DNA of 63,652 nucleotides, the filler included, from Reticulomyxa filosa (lineage: Eukaryota; Protista; Foraminifera), in assembly GCA_000512085.1 (NCBI GenBank). It is 22 parts of 22 records of this genome, joined end to end, with 100 filler letters (N's around TTAATTAATTAA, not from the genome) between each part and the next. Parts side by side here need not be neighbours in the genome. Positions count along the whole stretch, not along the records: positions 38,050 to 39,290 come from ASPP01020082.1; positions 39,391 to 41,913 come from ASPP01019310.1; positions 42,014 to 43,582 come from ASPP01014873.1; positions 43,683 to 47,231 come from ASPP01025995.1; positions 47,332 to 49,954 come from ASPP01014486.1; positions 50,055 to 51,299 come from ASPP01036371.1; positions 51,400 to 52,752 come from ASPP01007971.1; 15 more parts are not named here. One strand, written 5' to 3'. The position numbers and the translations under genes are program-made. Positions 38,975 through 51,411 of this stretch are shown piece by piece; within the stretch, counting starts at the first letter, position 1; each line of letters begins with the position of its first letter. Below the pieces are notes generated by a model that worked only from the letters and a program-made list of their open reading frames with translations, was not told the DNA's origin and searched no databases.

Positions 38975-39180
38975 AACAAGATCTGAATCCAATTGAGAAC
39001 CTTTGGTGGATTACCAAATGCCTTACAAAAATGGGCCATTTTCAGAAAAGATGATATCTTTGAGGATTTTAGCAAGCAATGGTACTCTATTGAAGGTGAT
39101 TGTGTGATATGCTTATTGCTTCAATGCATAAGCACATTCATGCTGTGATAAAGGCCAAGTGCGATGCCACCAAGTAGTAA
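38975..39180 (+). pseudogene. Tc1-family transposase C-terminal remnant
   Basis: QDLNPIENLW (SPDLNPIENLW motif) and, after a frameshift, LIASMHKHIHAVIKAKCDATK* (SMPxRxxAVIKAKGGxTKY pattern). Confidence 0.8.
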
Positions 39181-41658
39181 ATTATACATAAAAGCTTCTT
39201 TTAAACACAAGTATAAACGTTTGTTAAACGGATTATTTTTTCTTTACAGTTTGATAGATTTAATAAAAAAATATTTGTTATAAAAAAAAANNNNNNNNNN
39301 NNNNNNNNNNNNNNNNNNNNNNNNNNNNNNNNNNTTAATTAATTAANNNNNNNNNNNNNNNNNNNNNNNNNNNNNNNNNNNNNNNNNNNNAGAGGTTTTT
39401 TTTTTTTTTTTTTTTTGCTTGTCAGCATTCTTTCATTTTGTTATCACATATTTTTAAAAAACAAAAAAAACCTGGTCATTAATTTACCAAATTTAAAACA
39501 AAAATCAATTTTTCTAAAATGTCCAAGTTTTTTTTTTTTTTTTTAACCCCCCTTCCTTTTTTTTTTTTTTATGTGAACATGAGAAGGAGGGAAGGCTAAG
39601 GGGAAAAAAAAAAAAACTACGACAATTGGAAAATTACACACGAAACCTCAAATGACACGCAAAGGAAAAAGAAAAACAAACGAAACTCTAGCCATTTCAA
39701 ACTTTTGTTGCAGCTCATTGATTGTCAAACATACATCGAAGCCACGTTCCAAATTCGTCTGTTGCAATTTTGACAAAGGTTTGTGTTTAAACAAATTTGG
39801 AGGGCTGTTTTCTTCTCCCTCCCCCCCTCTCCTCTTGTTTTTTCTTTTCAACTAACCAGACATTCCTCGTATTTGGATTTGTAATCATTCAGAAAATCGT
39901 GCTCTTCGATTTGAGTGCTCATGTTATCTTCTTTGACTTTGTAGAACATGTGTGTTACGTATAAGTGCACTTAGGCACAGCAAAGAAGCATTTGCCCCCA
40001 GCAAAAAAACACATAAATAAAGTAATTATGTCCATAAACCGACCTCAAATGTAATATATTTCTCTACAAATTTTGGAATCAAAAACACATGAGATACTGA
40101 CAACAACAAAATTATCCAATTTTATGAATTTTTTTGCTAGACAAGAGCAAACCTTTTCAAGTCGTTTTACATAATGAACCCATGTTTGTTAAAAGTGGCG
40201 TGTTTATCATACATTTGAAGGTACCCGATAACTTTTTATTTAAGATTAACTTTGGTTGCAAAAGGGAAACGTTTTTCCCAGCAAAATAAACTTTAAAAAA
40301 TTAATAAACAACATCAAACCAATGGATTTGGAATAATTTTAAATTTTGCTTTTTTTTTTTGTCATTGATGCATTTCGTCCAAAAAAAAAGACTAAAAGTT
40401 TCCTTGTCAAGAATAAAGTAGATAATTTTTTGAAAAAAAGTCAATAGAAAATCTTCCAACTTGAGTACGGGTCACTGCTCCACGAACAAGTTAAGCTACC
40501 ATCGCTGCATGCACCACGTCTTCCCCCCATCCGGGTCTCATGATTGTCCGTAAAGAATTTAGACGATTTTACATTCCACAATGTTGTAGAATTCTGATCT
40601 TTATATAATGATTAATCTATATAGTTGACCTAAATTTTTTATCAAAATTTTTTTGCAGGGAAAATGTGATTAATCTTCAAAGTAACACTTTCTTGTTGAA
40701 CCTGCTAAACTTTATACAAGCATTTGACTCTAAACAATGGCAGAGATAATGTTATCAATCTTGGTGCTCATGATGATAGTGATTGTGAGTGTCCATATGT
40801 GTATAAGGCTTTCATCAAATTACAAGATCGATTGCGATTGTTTATAGCTGCTGGAGCTTTGCTGTTTTTAGCTTTGAAGAAGTGGGCTCAAAATGGAAAG
40901 CTAATATCATACAATAAGTTTTATTAATTAAATAAACATTACCAATGATGAATTCAGTCGTTCAAGACTTCAGCTTAGTTCATATGACCTGACAAATACT
41001 GTCTTTGATTGCATTGAAAGTCAATGTTGGCTTGTTCTGATATCAGACTACAGACATTGTGGCATAGAAATGCTTCGCATAATATTGAAGCAATTCGTAT
41101 CTACAACAAGAAAACCCACAACTCGATCAGCCAAGTTGTAAACCGAGTCTCTTTGAAACTCCAAAAATGCAATAAAAAACGTGTTTCAGATCATCTGTCA
41201 AACAAGGATCACATCTTTTGCCTTAAGGTTTACGTGCTCAAGCTAAACAAAAATCTTTTTCACCGCCTTTAAAGGATTATAAGCAAAACTGTAGATTTTC
41301 AAAAAGAATACACATTTTAAAATAAATTTTGAACATCCAATTTTTCTTCTGTTCCATTAGGGGACGAAGCAAGCCTTAACTTATTATTTTAAAGTTTGAA
41401 TCTGACAAATAGATTATTAAATAATAAGAGACCTTTTTGGAACAATGGGACATAATTGATTCATATTTTGGATAAATTTGTTTGCTTTTGTTGATTTTTC
41501 AATTCATTTCTCTCAAACTTCAAGTTTGAGAAAGTACAATAAAATCAAACCCAGTGAAGAAGAAACAAGCGTTCCAAAAAAAAAATAAAACAAAAGTTCT
41601 GTTGGATGTAGTACACAGCAATCCTTTCCTTCACAAGACAGAAAAGCGAAACCAATGA

Positions 41659-41799
41659 TTATTGTTGTTCTTGTTTCTTGGACTTGTCTTTTTCTTCTTG
41701 GATGTTGAAATATCTCAATTCATAACTTCCTTTTTTATCGGCAATGACACGCACGTAATCACGCAAACCATTTCTTTTCAAGTAGCGTTTTGTCAAAGA
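41659..41799 (-). CDS. RPL22: 60S ribosomal protein eL22, last exon
   Basis: [36 protein letters not shown] after an AG acceptor; matches the eL22 C-terminus. Not in the ORF track. Confidence 0.88.
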   Translation of the reverse strand, partial: SLTKRYLKRNGLRDYVRVIADKKGSYELRYFNIQEEKDKSKKQEQQ

Positions 41800-42076
41800 C
41801 TATTGTGATATTTTTTTTGATTTGTGCATCATATCCCCCCCAAGGTTTACTATTTTTAAACACAAATATTCCACAACCACGCTGTATCGCATTGCAATTC
41901 TTTTTTTTTTTTTNNNNNNNNNNNNNNNNNNNNNNNNNNNNNNNNNNNNNNNNNNNNTTAATTAATTAANNNNNNNNNNNNNNNNNNNNNNNNNNNNNNN
42001 NNNNNNNNNNNNNAAAAAAAAAAAAAAAAAAAAAAAAAACAATGTTTAAATGTGTTTTGTCTTCTATCTTATGTAG

Positions 42077-42417
42077 AACAAGAAATTGAGAATGTGGAAC
42101 AACCCCGTGCTACAATCGAGAGAATGCCCACAGAACCGAAAGTCACTCTTGAGGGCGGCATCCCGGAGGATGCGGTCATTCGAATGACCATAGGGGAAAC
42201 TGAAGAGGGTGTTGTTGAAGTTGAACAGACGGACCAAGGTCACCCACAAGACTCACAAGTGCTGGAACAACAGGGCCAACGAAAAGATACCAACCCGTTG
42301 CAGCAGGGAGATAGCCAATTAAATGAGTTGCTGAAAAATGTCGTCGAACTCAACAGGGTTTTGGAAGGGGATTTGATGGAGGAAATCGAACAGGTCAATG
42401 TAACACAAGGTCAGTAA
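42077..42417 (+). CDS. Acidic exon of a hypothetical protein
   Basis: Open E/Q-rich frame after an AG acceptor. Confidence 0.4.
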
Positions 42418-43426
42418 AGTCAATTTTAATATTCAATTTTTTTTTTTTTTTTCTTTATAGCATGTCGCTATTTTATAGGATGTTCATATTTTACATTCTT
42501 ATTATTAGCAAGATCATATGTTGATATTCAATATGATCAATGTATGTTTTTAGAAAATAATTCAACTGTGAATATTTTGAAGGTTTTTTATCTTCTGTTA
42601 ACGAGCTCTGTTTTTTGGGACAGTGGCTGTAAAAAATAACCAGGAGAATAGATTATTTGTATTTTTTTTTTTATTATTGTGAGTTGACTTTAAGCTAATA
42701 GTCTTTCCATAGTTTCCGAGTTACTTTTGTTACAAATCTGTAAAAAATTTTGACCACGACCTTTCGAATATCGCGTAACACCCATCTTGTTTTGTAACAA
42801 AAATGGAACAGAGTAGGAAGAAACAATAATAGGGGTGGTTCTTAGGTTTTCAGCAAATTTAAAAAAAAAACAAAAAATATCAAAAGTGAATTATGGTTCC
42901 AAAAAGAATAAAGTAAATCCATCCAAACAAAAAAAGGCCCAGTTGCAAAAAAAAAAGTGTCATTGGCCAAACAATGGTGGTGGAAACAATAAAAAAATAA
43001 CCTCACGTGCAAATCCAAAGATTTAATGGGAAAAAGGTAAAAAAACAACAAAAGAATAAAAGTAAACGAAAAATAAGACGACTACAAATGATGCTTAGGG
43101 TAATGACTTTTTCTCGTGACTTCAAACAAAGAAGCAAACAATCCGACCACACACGATGATGAAACAATAAAGTACAAAAAAAATGAAAAGACTAATTAGT
43201 TAAAAAATTAAATTTGTCTTTATTTATTAATTTATGTTTTATTTTATTTTATTTTGCATTGGCTGGTACGCACTTTTTTTTAAACAACAAAAAAAAAAAT
43301 AACATTGACTCAAAAAAAATGTCGCGATGAAGAAAGAATTAAATTTTTTTTTTCTTTTCTCTTCCCTCTTCTCCCTCTATTATTTTTTTTTTGTTTAATT
43401 TTTATGCAAAAAGAAAGAAGTCATTG

Positions 43427-43579
43427 TTACTGTTCTTTAGCAGGCGCAGCTGAAGTAGCCCAGTATCTGTGCCGTACGATATCCTCGGCACTAATCCGAT
43501 CTGCAGCAAACCATTTTAACATACGTTTCACCAAGTCGTATAAGTCAACATGTTGAGGTTTTTTGAAATCGAAATAATT
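43427..43579 (-). CDS. Protein kinase C-terminal exon (CMGC/CLK-like subdomain XI)
   Basis: HVDLYDLVKRMLKWFAADRISAEDIVRHRYW matches the DL.xxML..P..R.xA.xxxxH pattern. Confidence 0.6.
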   Translation of the reverse strand, partial: NYFDFKKPQHVDLYDLVKRMLKWFAADRISAEDIVRHRYWATSAAPAKEQ

Positions 43580-44046
43580 CTANNNNNNNNNNNNNNNNNN
43601 NNNNNNNNNNNNNNNNNNNNNNNNNNTTAATTAATTAANNNNNNNNNNNNNNNNNNNNNNNNNNNNNNNNNNNNNNNNNNNNGAATACGATGAAGCCAAT
43701 CCAATTGAATATTGTAAAAAAATTTGTGCACTTGGACGAAGTTGTATTGGGGAGAAGACTTTGCCAATGATGAAAACGTTGCTCAAGTGTTGCAAGGCTG
43801 GATCAAGCAAATGCAAATTGACTTGAAGCAATATTCTTGGAATGGATTTCTTGATACCGTGCAAAACAAATACAAAAGTTACAAAAAACACAGAAGCAAG
43901 CCTCATGTTCAAGAGAAGAATTATTGAGCTGTGGAAATCTCAAAGACGTTATTTTTGATTTACAATATGTTTGTGATTAACTTCCAATATTTATATGTGT
44001 ATATATTATATTATATTTATAAATATATTTAAAATGTTAATGAAAA

Positions 44047-44321
44047 AGCGGCATAGCTCAACGGTAGAGCCCGCTATAAAAGTAAAGGGGACTAGGGCCA
44101 TCCACTATCAGGGCTTCGGGCTTGCTCGGAGTTCGGGAGATTGGCGTAACTTCAAAAGTGTTACTGGGTTGGCATGTGTTGCGGGAGTGCGTCAAGCGTG
44201 TATAAGCTTAAGTCGCAGGTGCTTATATTATGCTTGCCCTCAATGTGGGCACACATTGATTTCACGTGGTATGTAGCAATATCTTTCATGTGGGGTTTTT
44301 GTGCAGCTATCTTTACTTTTA
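44047..44321 (+). ncRNA. Putative ~275-nt structured Pol III-type RNA, family unassigned
   Basis: tRNA-like A box TAGCTCAACGG; long-range helix TAAAAGTAAAG/CTTTACTTTTA; C(UUCG)G and GNRA hairpins; ends in TTTT; G+T-rich island within AT-rich intergenic DNA. Confidence 0.55.
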
Positions 44322-44732
44322 AAGTTTGGTTACGGCAATTCGAAGTGTCAATGTTAAAATGAGTCATCAACGCAAAACTTTTTTTTAAGCGAAAAACAAC
44401 AACACTTTTATAATCATAGACAACTGTAGTTATGCATTGTCGACTCAGGCGCTTTGCCTTGACTTATGCAAAATCATAAAATTTAAATTTTTCAATTTAT
44501 TTGCACATGTGCATTTCTTTTTTTTCTACCCTTTGCAGTGAAAATTTTGTCAAAGTCATTATTTTTGATGAAAATCGAGTATTTGTAAGGGACCAAAAAA
44601 ATTGAAGAAATCAATGTTAAAAAATTGTTTGGTTCCCCTTTTTTATTACTCAAATGAAACATAAGATTTACAAAGCGTATATTAGCGTTGTTATCGTTGT
44701 TAATCGGATTTGAGACACACAATATATCAATT

Positions 44733-45907
44733 TTATTTTGATTTGAGGAATTTCTTCAATTGTTGAAGCACAGCATTGACTGCATTCTTTGTTTCAGCTT
44801 CACTTCGATTGCCAAGAGTACCAAAGAAGCCTTGGGCTTGATCGGAAGAGGTATTGTACACGCATTTTTTGGCAAATTTCTATAGTTTTACCACGACAAA
44901 GATAAGAATGTCGAGTATTCGGATATATATATTTTTAATTTTTTTTAATTTTTTTTTTTGCCAAACTTTTTTGTCCAAAATAGCTTTTACTTTGTCTTTT
45001 GAAATGTCACCATTGGCTTCCCAGTAAAAAATAGGGCATAAAATCCTGTCTACCACGGCATCATCGAGTTGGATTGCACTGATAGCAGCAGCGCATGCAA
45101 AGCGATCATCACTTGCGAGTTTTAATGCCTTGTTTGTACATGGCCATAGTATGAAGTACATATGGTAAAGAGGAAAGAAATACGAGAGGGGCGAGAGAAA
45201 GAATACACATACATATACATATTTAAAAACACAACAACCAAAAAAAAAATATATATATATATATGTGTATATATCTAACTTGTAAGCCTCCCCAACCAAT
45301 TCCAATTACTGCAATGCTTTTTTTGTTATTGTGATGGTATATCCATGGAAACACTTTTTCAAAAATATCTTTGCGAACAAGTATGTCACTTGCAACTGAC
45401 TCTCTCCATGCGTTATATAACTCGGACTTTTTTACATCGTCTCCTACTGGGTAATCTTCCAATGGCCAAGGATCGCCACGGAAAAAGTCTGGCATTGCCA
45501 CCATACATCCTTGGGCATAAAGTTCATCACAAAGATGGAATACAGCGCTTTTTTTTTTTTTTTTTTGTTTATTGGAAACAAAACACGTGGTCACTCTCAA
45601 TCGGAACCCAACGAAGAAAACTATCTACATATGCCTACGTATATATGTACATATACACAATGAATAGTTGAGGAAAGCATAGGTCTCATCACTTGTTCGA
45701 TTTGTTCCATCCAAACATATCGTAAATTACGATAATTGCCATTGATCCTTTACTGTCTTTTTCTTTTTCTTTTGCTTTTTCTTTGTCTTCATGCCAATAC
45801 ACAGACAAGTCGCTCCCTGGAAGCGTTTCGATTATTCCAAGTGGCTTGTAAGATGCCGTCGAAAAAATTTCCGCTGCAGAAGTTTTCGTTTCGGTTGCTG
45901 TTGCCAT
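44733..45907 (-). CDS. Dienelactone hydrolase (CMBL-like) homolog with substituted catalytic residues
   Basis: AIIVIYDMFG, VAMPDFFRGDPWP, IAVIGIGWGG, CPIFYWEANGD and QAQGFFG across four exons. Confidence 0.8.
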
Positions 45908-46237
45908 AATTTTGTTTTATGGAATTAATATTGAATTATTTTTCCTCTTCTTTTCCCGTTTTTTTTAACCTTGTCAAAAATGGACATATTTTATCAGAAG
46001 AGTATTGTTCTTCTTACTTGGTTACCGCCTCACATTTAAATATATACATTTCTTATCACAATTTCAAAAAGGAAAAAATGAGGAAAGTGCACAAAATGAA
46101 GAGCTACAGTAGGGACCTTAAACAAATATAAATGAACAGGCGCGAACACATAGGCTTGTACTTCCAAAAAAAACCGCCCAATCATAATTAACGTTCACTT
46201 CCAAATTTTCATTTCAATTCAAATTTCATTCTTCAAA

Positions 46238-47175
46238 TGATACTGACGCAGAATACAGATGCGCCATATGAACTTGTAAATCCCAGTGCAGAAGTGTTGC
46301 GTTCAACCACATGCTGTTGTTGCATACCCTTGCGCGTGGGGGTGTTTATATTGTTGGCATTGTCCATAACTCTAAGCGCAATAGATGCTAGTGTGGGTCC
46401 TTTGGCAAAAAGCTGGTCAGTTTGGCTGACTGCCTCTGTGATGATTGTGGTGAGTCTCTTTGCCGCGTACGGAGTGTATACTTATCAATCCCTTCCTTTA
46501 AAAATTTTTTTTTGGTGGTTGGTTATTTACGTGATTGCATCGCTCGGCATTGTTTTATACGAAATTATTGATTGGAATGTTTAGTACTACTGCGCACAGA
46601 ACAAAAAAAAAAAAAAATAATTGCGTATGCAATTCGTGGAACTCGTTGCATATGCGTTTATACTTTTAGGCATATATGCGTAACTATCTCCATATGTATA
46701 TAACATATTAATGGTGTATACACATATATAAATATGTATATACATATACATATATAATTTACCTATATTTATATTTGTATCTATGATCACAAGAACATTT
46801 GCCACGAAGAGAAAAAGAATAACGAAGACCAATGCAATTCACATAATTGGAAAACTGCGTTTATTATTTCTAGAGTTTTTCAAATCATTCTTGCACTATA
46901 CTTTGCAAGGGTCACTCACATCTTTTGCGGCCTAGTTTGTTTTTTAATTTTTTTTTTTTTTGCTTGGAACTTTGGGTTCCCCCTTTTCCCCTCCAAAGAT
47001 CTTTATACACAATAATGTATATGTTTATTGATCTACTTTTTCTTCACAGCTGGAACAGACAGAAAGAAGCAAAGAACCAGTGTTTGAACCCACATATGAG
47101 CCACCTACTACTAATTCTGCAAGTGGTCACATCAATAACTTATAAACGTCCAATTTTGTTAATAGAAACGAAATG
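46238..47175 (+). CDS. Small multi-pass membrane protein (CCCCxPLRxG type)
   Basis: TTCCCCIPLRVGVFILLAL followed by several hydrophobic helices; later exon boundaries uncertain. Confidence 0.55.
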
Positions 47176-47349
47176 AAAAAGCAAATAATGAATTACAAAA
47201 AAAAATAAAAAAAAAATCATCAATTCCTTTTNNNNNNNNNNNNNNNNNNNNNNNNNNNNNNNNNNNNNNNNNNNNTTAATTAATTAANNNNNNNNNNNNN
47301 NNNNNNNNNNNNNNNNNNNNNNNNNNNNNNNAAATAAATAAAATAGAAA

Positions 47350-49912
47350 TTACAACGACAGCAATCGTAAGAACATAATTGATTACACAATATCACTGCT
47401 GAAAAAGAATTTGAACGGAGATTCCGACTTTGCGGCATTGGAAAGCCAACTGTCGGTAATCGCCCAAATAGCAACGAGTAATTACGTGGCAACGACGACG
47501 AGCGATTACATCCCAGCAATCGAAGCCATGAAATCCGTGTTTTCATTACTCACGCAGTTGGGTGACACAAATGCAAACGACCGATTGGACTGCGATAACC
47601 TCTCCAAAGTGGTGTTTTCCTATGTAAACCAATCTCGACTGCTGAACAATGTCGGCTCAGCTGCGGTCGCCAGTGTTAACGACATGTACCAAGTGTTGAT
47701 GAATACCAACTTGTTCACACTGCAAAAAAGCCCCGCTGGAACGCAGTGTAGCGATGATCTGGACTTGTTTCAAACCAAAGCCAAACAAATTGTCCGAGAC
47801 AACGAGCAAGGGTGTGGCGACTCCAGCGTTAAATTTCGAATCAGCAACGAGTGGTTGGCCAAATCACATACACCTTTGATCACATGCGCTGTTATTAAGT
47901 TGAATTGATCTCTTTTTTTTTTTTTTTTTCCTTTCATCGGCTTATATCCTTAATTTTTTTTTTCTTTCCTCCCCTTCCCCTCCCCCTTTTCTTCCCTCCC
48001 TTGCCCCATGTACAGAACCAAAACTTGCGCGTATGCAACTAATTCGAGCTTTCCAAAATCATTCTTTACTTTTGTTGTGGCTGAAGGCCAGGTAACACAC
48101 ACGAGAGAGACATTATTATTTTTTTTTTTTTGTGAATTCGAACCTTGTTCTCTTTCTCTCCCCAATACCTTCTTTCTTTCTTTTTTTTTTAATTAAAAAA
48201 AATGTTTGTAAAGGTATCGAGCACGACGATTGACCAGTCCATGACGGTGAGCAATTGTAACCCACACCGCTATACAGTGAACATGGGAAAAAAAATTGCA
48301 AATAACACGATCACTGAGTGTGTTTATTGGAGCACAGTTAATGTTTGTGTTGGAAAACAAGAATCAAGAAGAAGAAGAAGAAGAAAAAAAACAAAAAAAC
48401 GATGGTATGGCATTGTTTGTAGAAAAATAACGCCTGGTCGGCTGCTGGATGCTGGTCGATTAGCATTTCGGGAAATTCCACAGAATGTGCTTGTAATCAC
48501 TTAGACGGAACTGTGTTTACAGCCAGAATCGTGCCTTATAAATCTAACATTGATTACACCGAAGAACCTGTGTTCCCACAGTTTCTCTTTTTTTAAAGAG
48601 AAAACAAAAGGAGGAGGAAGGGTGGGCATTTAACAAAAAAAAAAAACTCTTTGTATGTGTATTATATAATCTTAAAAGTATACGTGTTATACGTAATGCT
48701 ATACATACAAATGTACAAAAAAAAAAAAAAAAAAAAATTGGTTTGGTTGGATGTGATTTGTTTGATAGTTATGGATTTATAACTACAACCAATATAAAAA
48801 ATCATTGGGAGTCAGTAGTAGTGCCCGGGGCTTTGTTGGTATTGTTTGCCTTCGTTTGCATATTTTACCGTGATGGCAGCGACAAGCCTTTGCTGGCGAA
48901 TCAAGAGGCGCTGTTTCAAGCCTATTTGGACAACACCTATGGGTTTACACATGGCGGACATGAAGCGTCCATTTTGGACAGCAAAGGCAACACTTGTTTA
49001 AAATGGTGCAAACTGGTGGTTTTGAATTGTCCACAAGATCATTTCTGTTTGGGCGTGTGCTGTTACATTCCTGGTGCACATCTTGCTTCACGAGTATGCT
49101 TTCATTTTTATCTTTTCATTATTTCTATTATTATTATTATTATCACCGGATAAAACTTACTTTTTGCAAATGATAAATGAAATTAGAAACGTGTGGCCAT
49201 ACTCGCAATAATAATGCTGACAATGTTTGCCATCACTGCAGCGTTTTATTCTCTTTATCGCAATTATGCAAGTTTTTTTTTTTTAAAAAAAGCACTATAC
49301 TTTATGTACACATACACGCATCAACATATCACTGAATGTAGAGTGGAGAAACACATTAACATGGCCAAAATAATCTCATTAATTCACAAAATAATACAAA
49401 CCAACAACAGCCAATCCCGGAGGCATACTTTGTAATTTCATTTTCCATTTTGGTGCTGATTCCAGGAGGGATTATCAAGTGCTTATTTCAAAACAGTCGA
49501 CCTGCAGACTTGACGTTGAGTCACAGTCATTTACTTGTTTTTATTTTATTTGAAATATTGTTGTTATTTTGTTATTGTTGTTATTGTTGGGATCAACGCG
49601 ACAAATTGGGAAAAGTGATCCTGCAAAAGAAGAAGAGGCTCGTCGGGTGTACGAAAAAAGACTGGGCGCCGAAGCCAAAAAAGAAAAAATGGTGGAAGAG
49701 GTGAAGCAGGCTCAACAAAGGCGAGCAACGAATCAAGAAGCGGAGCTAAAAGCCAACGAAGACGTGAAAGAAGGACCCGATACATTTACCGAGCCTGGAT
49801 CCGATGCGCTCATTCAAGAGCCAGGCAATATACAAATGGTGGATATGGCTGAACCTGGTTCATCACGAGCACTTGTAAATTCTGCACCTTCTCAAGTGTC
49901 TAATTCATTGGT
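47350..49912 (+). CDS. Polycystin-1/REJ-like GAIN-GPS membrane protein (partial)
   Basis: ECVYWS...NAWSAAGCWSISISGNSTECACNHL (GPS), then a TM helix, then HFCLGV...HLASR-KRVAILAIIMLTMFAITAAFY, a polycystin-like block. Confidence 0.7.
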
Positions 49913-50554
49913 AGGCTTTTGTATCTATTTATATTACATAACATATACATATATNNNNNNNNNNNNNNNNNNNNNNNNNNNNNNNNNNNNNNNNNNNNTT
50001 AATTAATTAANNNNNNNNNNNNNNNNNNNNNNNNNNNNNNNNNNNNNNNNNNNNACAAATCTAGTTCAGTGCAAATAACTTCGCCCTCGGAAAGAGGAGG
50101 ATAACCAATGTATTTTATAACACCTGTTGGGATTCAATGATTTTACTTGGAGGTCGTTATCGTTGTTGTCATCAGTTTGCTTTCCTACATCAAAATAAAA
50201 TCCAACAATAATCAAGTACTTATTTTTTTTTTATTTTTTTTTTCTAAAAACAAATAGATAAATCATACAACTGTTTCTCTCACTATTATGTTTGCCACGT
50301 AATGCCGACGATCAAGTATTCACTGTTTTTGATACACTGTATTGAATTGTCGTGAACGTTGTAGTGCCAATTGTCCAATTGTAATCAGATCCACTTGCTA
50401 TCCGAAAAGTCTGTTTTGACGTAAAAGTTGACCAATCCGCATCCCCTTTGATTTGAACACGCCGCCCGACTTCGACTTTGACGCAAATTTTATTTTGAAC
50501 TTTTGCTTCTCAGTGGTCGCCTTCTTTTCAGTTTCGACTTCAGTGCCCCTCCAA

Positions 50555-50920
50555 CATCTTTTCAGCGATTTTTAACCGGGACAAACTAGACATATCCTTC
50601 TGTAGTGTCAAAGTACTTTTCTTCACGCACATTGCTGTTGGATCCCATTCGTCGAAGATCAAATCCGTCATTTCTTAATGCGAAAATTTGACTTTGCCAA
50701 TGAATCTATTTTTTCTTTGCGTCTTCACATACTCAAAGGGGACCAGCAAGTTTCTTCCATCAGTTGCCACAATGTATTGAGTGCCATCCAAAGTTCTGTT
50801 GTGACTATTGGACACCAATTAGTCGACAAAATGCAAAACTTTCTCGGTCGCCAAAGCTGACCGACCATACAAACACAACCTTACCAATGTCGCCTGTGTC
50901 GAGAATGATCGTATCACTGG
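50555..50920 (-). pseudogene. CAP-Gly domain pseudogene
   Basis: LDTGDIGKVVFV and, across frameshifts and stops, IFDEWDP / NSNVREEKYFDTTEGYV*FV. Confidence 0.5.
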
Positions 50921-51411
50921 CTTTCACGTCTTGGCCTTTTGCGTCGCAGGTGATTCTGCTGGAGGTACATTCAATGGGGGGGATGATATTCAATGCCGTT
51001 CTCGTCGAGAACGACATCATTTTCCTTTGGATATTGCGCTTATGCGCATCTCTCATAAGTTTGTGGATAATCCACCTATTTTTTCTTTTTCATTTTTCTA
51101 CTTTTTTTTTCTCTTTTTAATATTTTTTTTCAATTTCTTTCATTTTTATATTTTCATTTTTATCTTTTTTTTTTTCTTTTTCCAACGTTTTTGATCTTTT
51201 TTTTATTTAATTTTTTTTCCACTTTTCTCAAATAAAATTTTGCACATTGCTCCCTTTTTTTTTCCCTCCATTTTCTTTTCATTCTTTTCTTTTCCCCACN
51301 NNNNNNNNNNNNNNNNNNNNNNNNNNNNNNNNNNNNNNNNNNNTTAATTAATTAANNNNNNNNNNNNNNNNNNNNNNNNNNNNNNNNNNNNNNNNNNNNA
51401 AAAAAAAAAAG

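Noticed and set aside
44047-44120. Possible tRNA gene
   Set aside because: Only the D-arm/A box is present; there is no anticodon arm, TTCRA T-loop or 3' acceptor strand at tRNA spacing.
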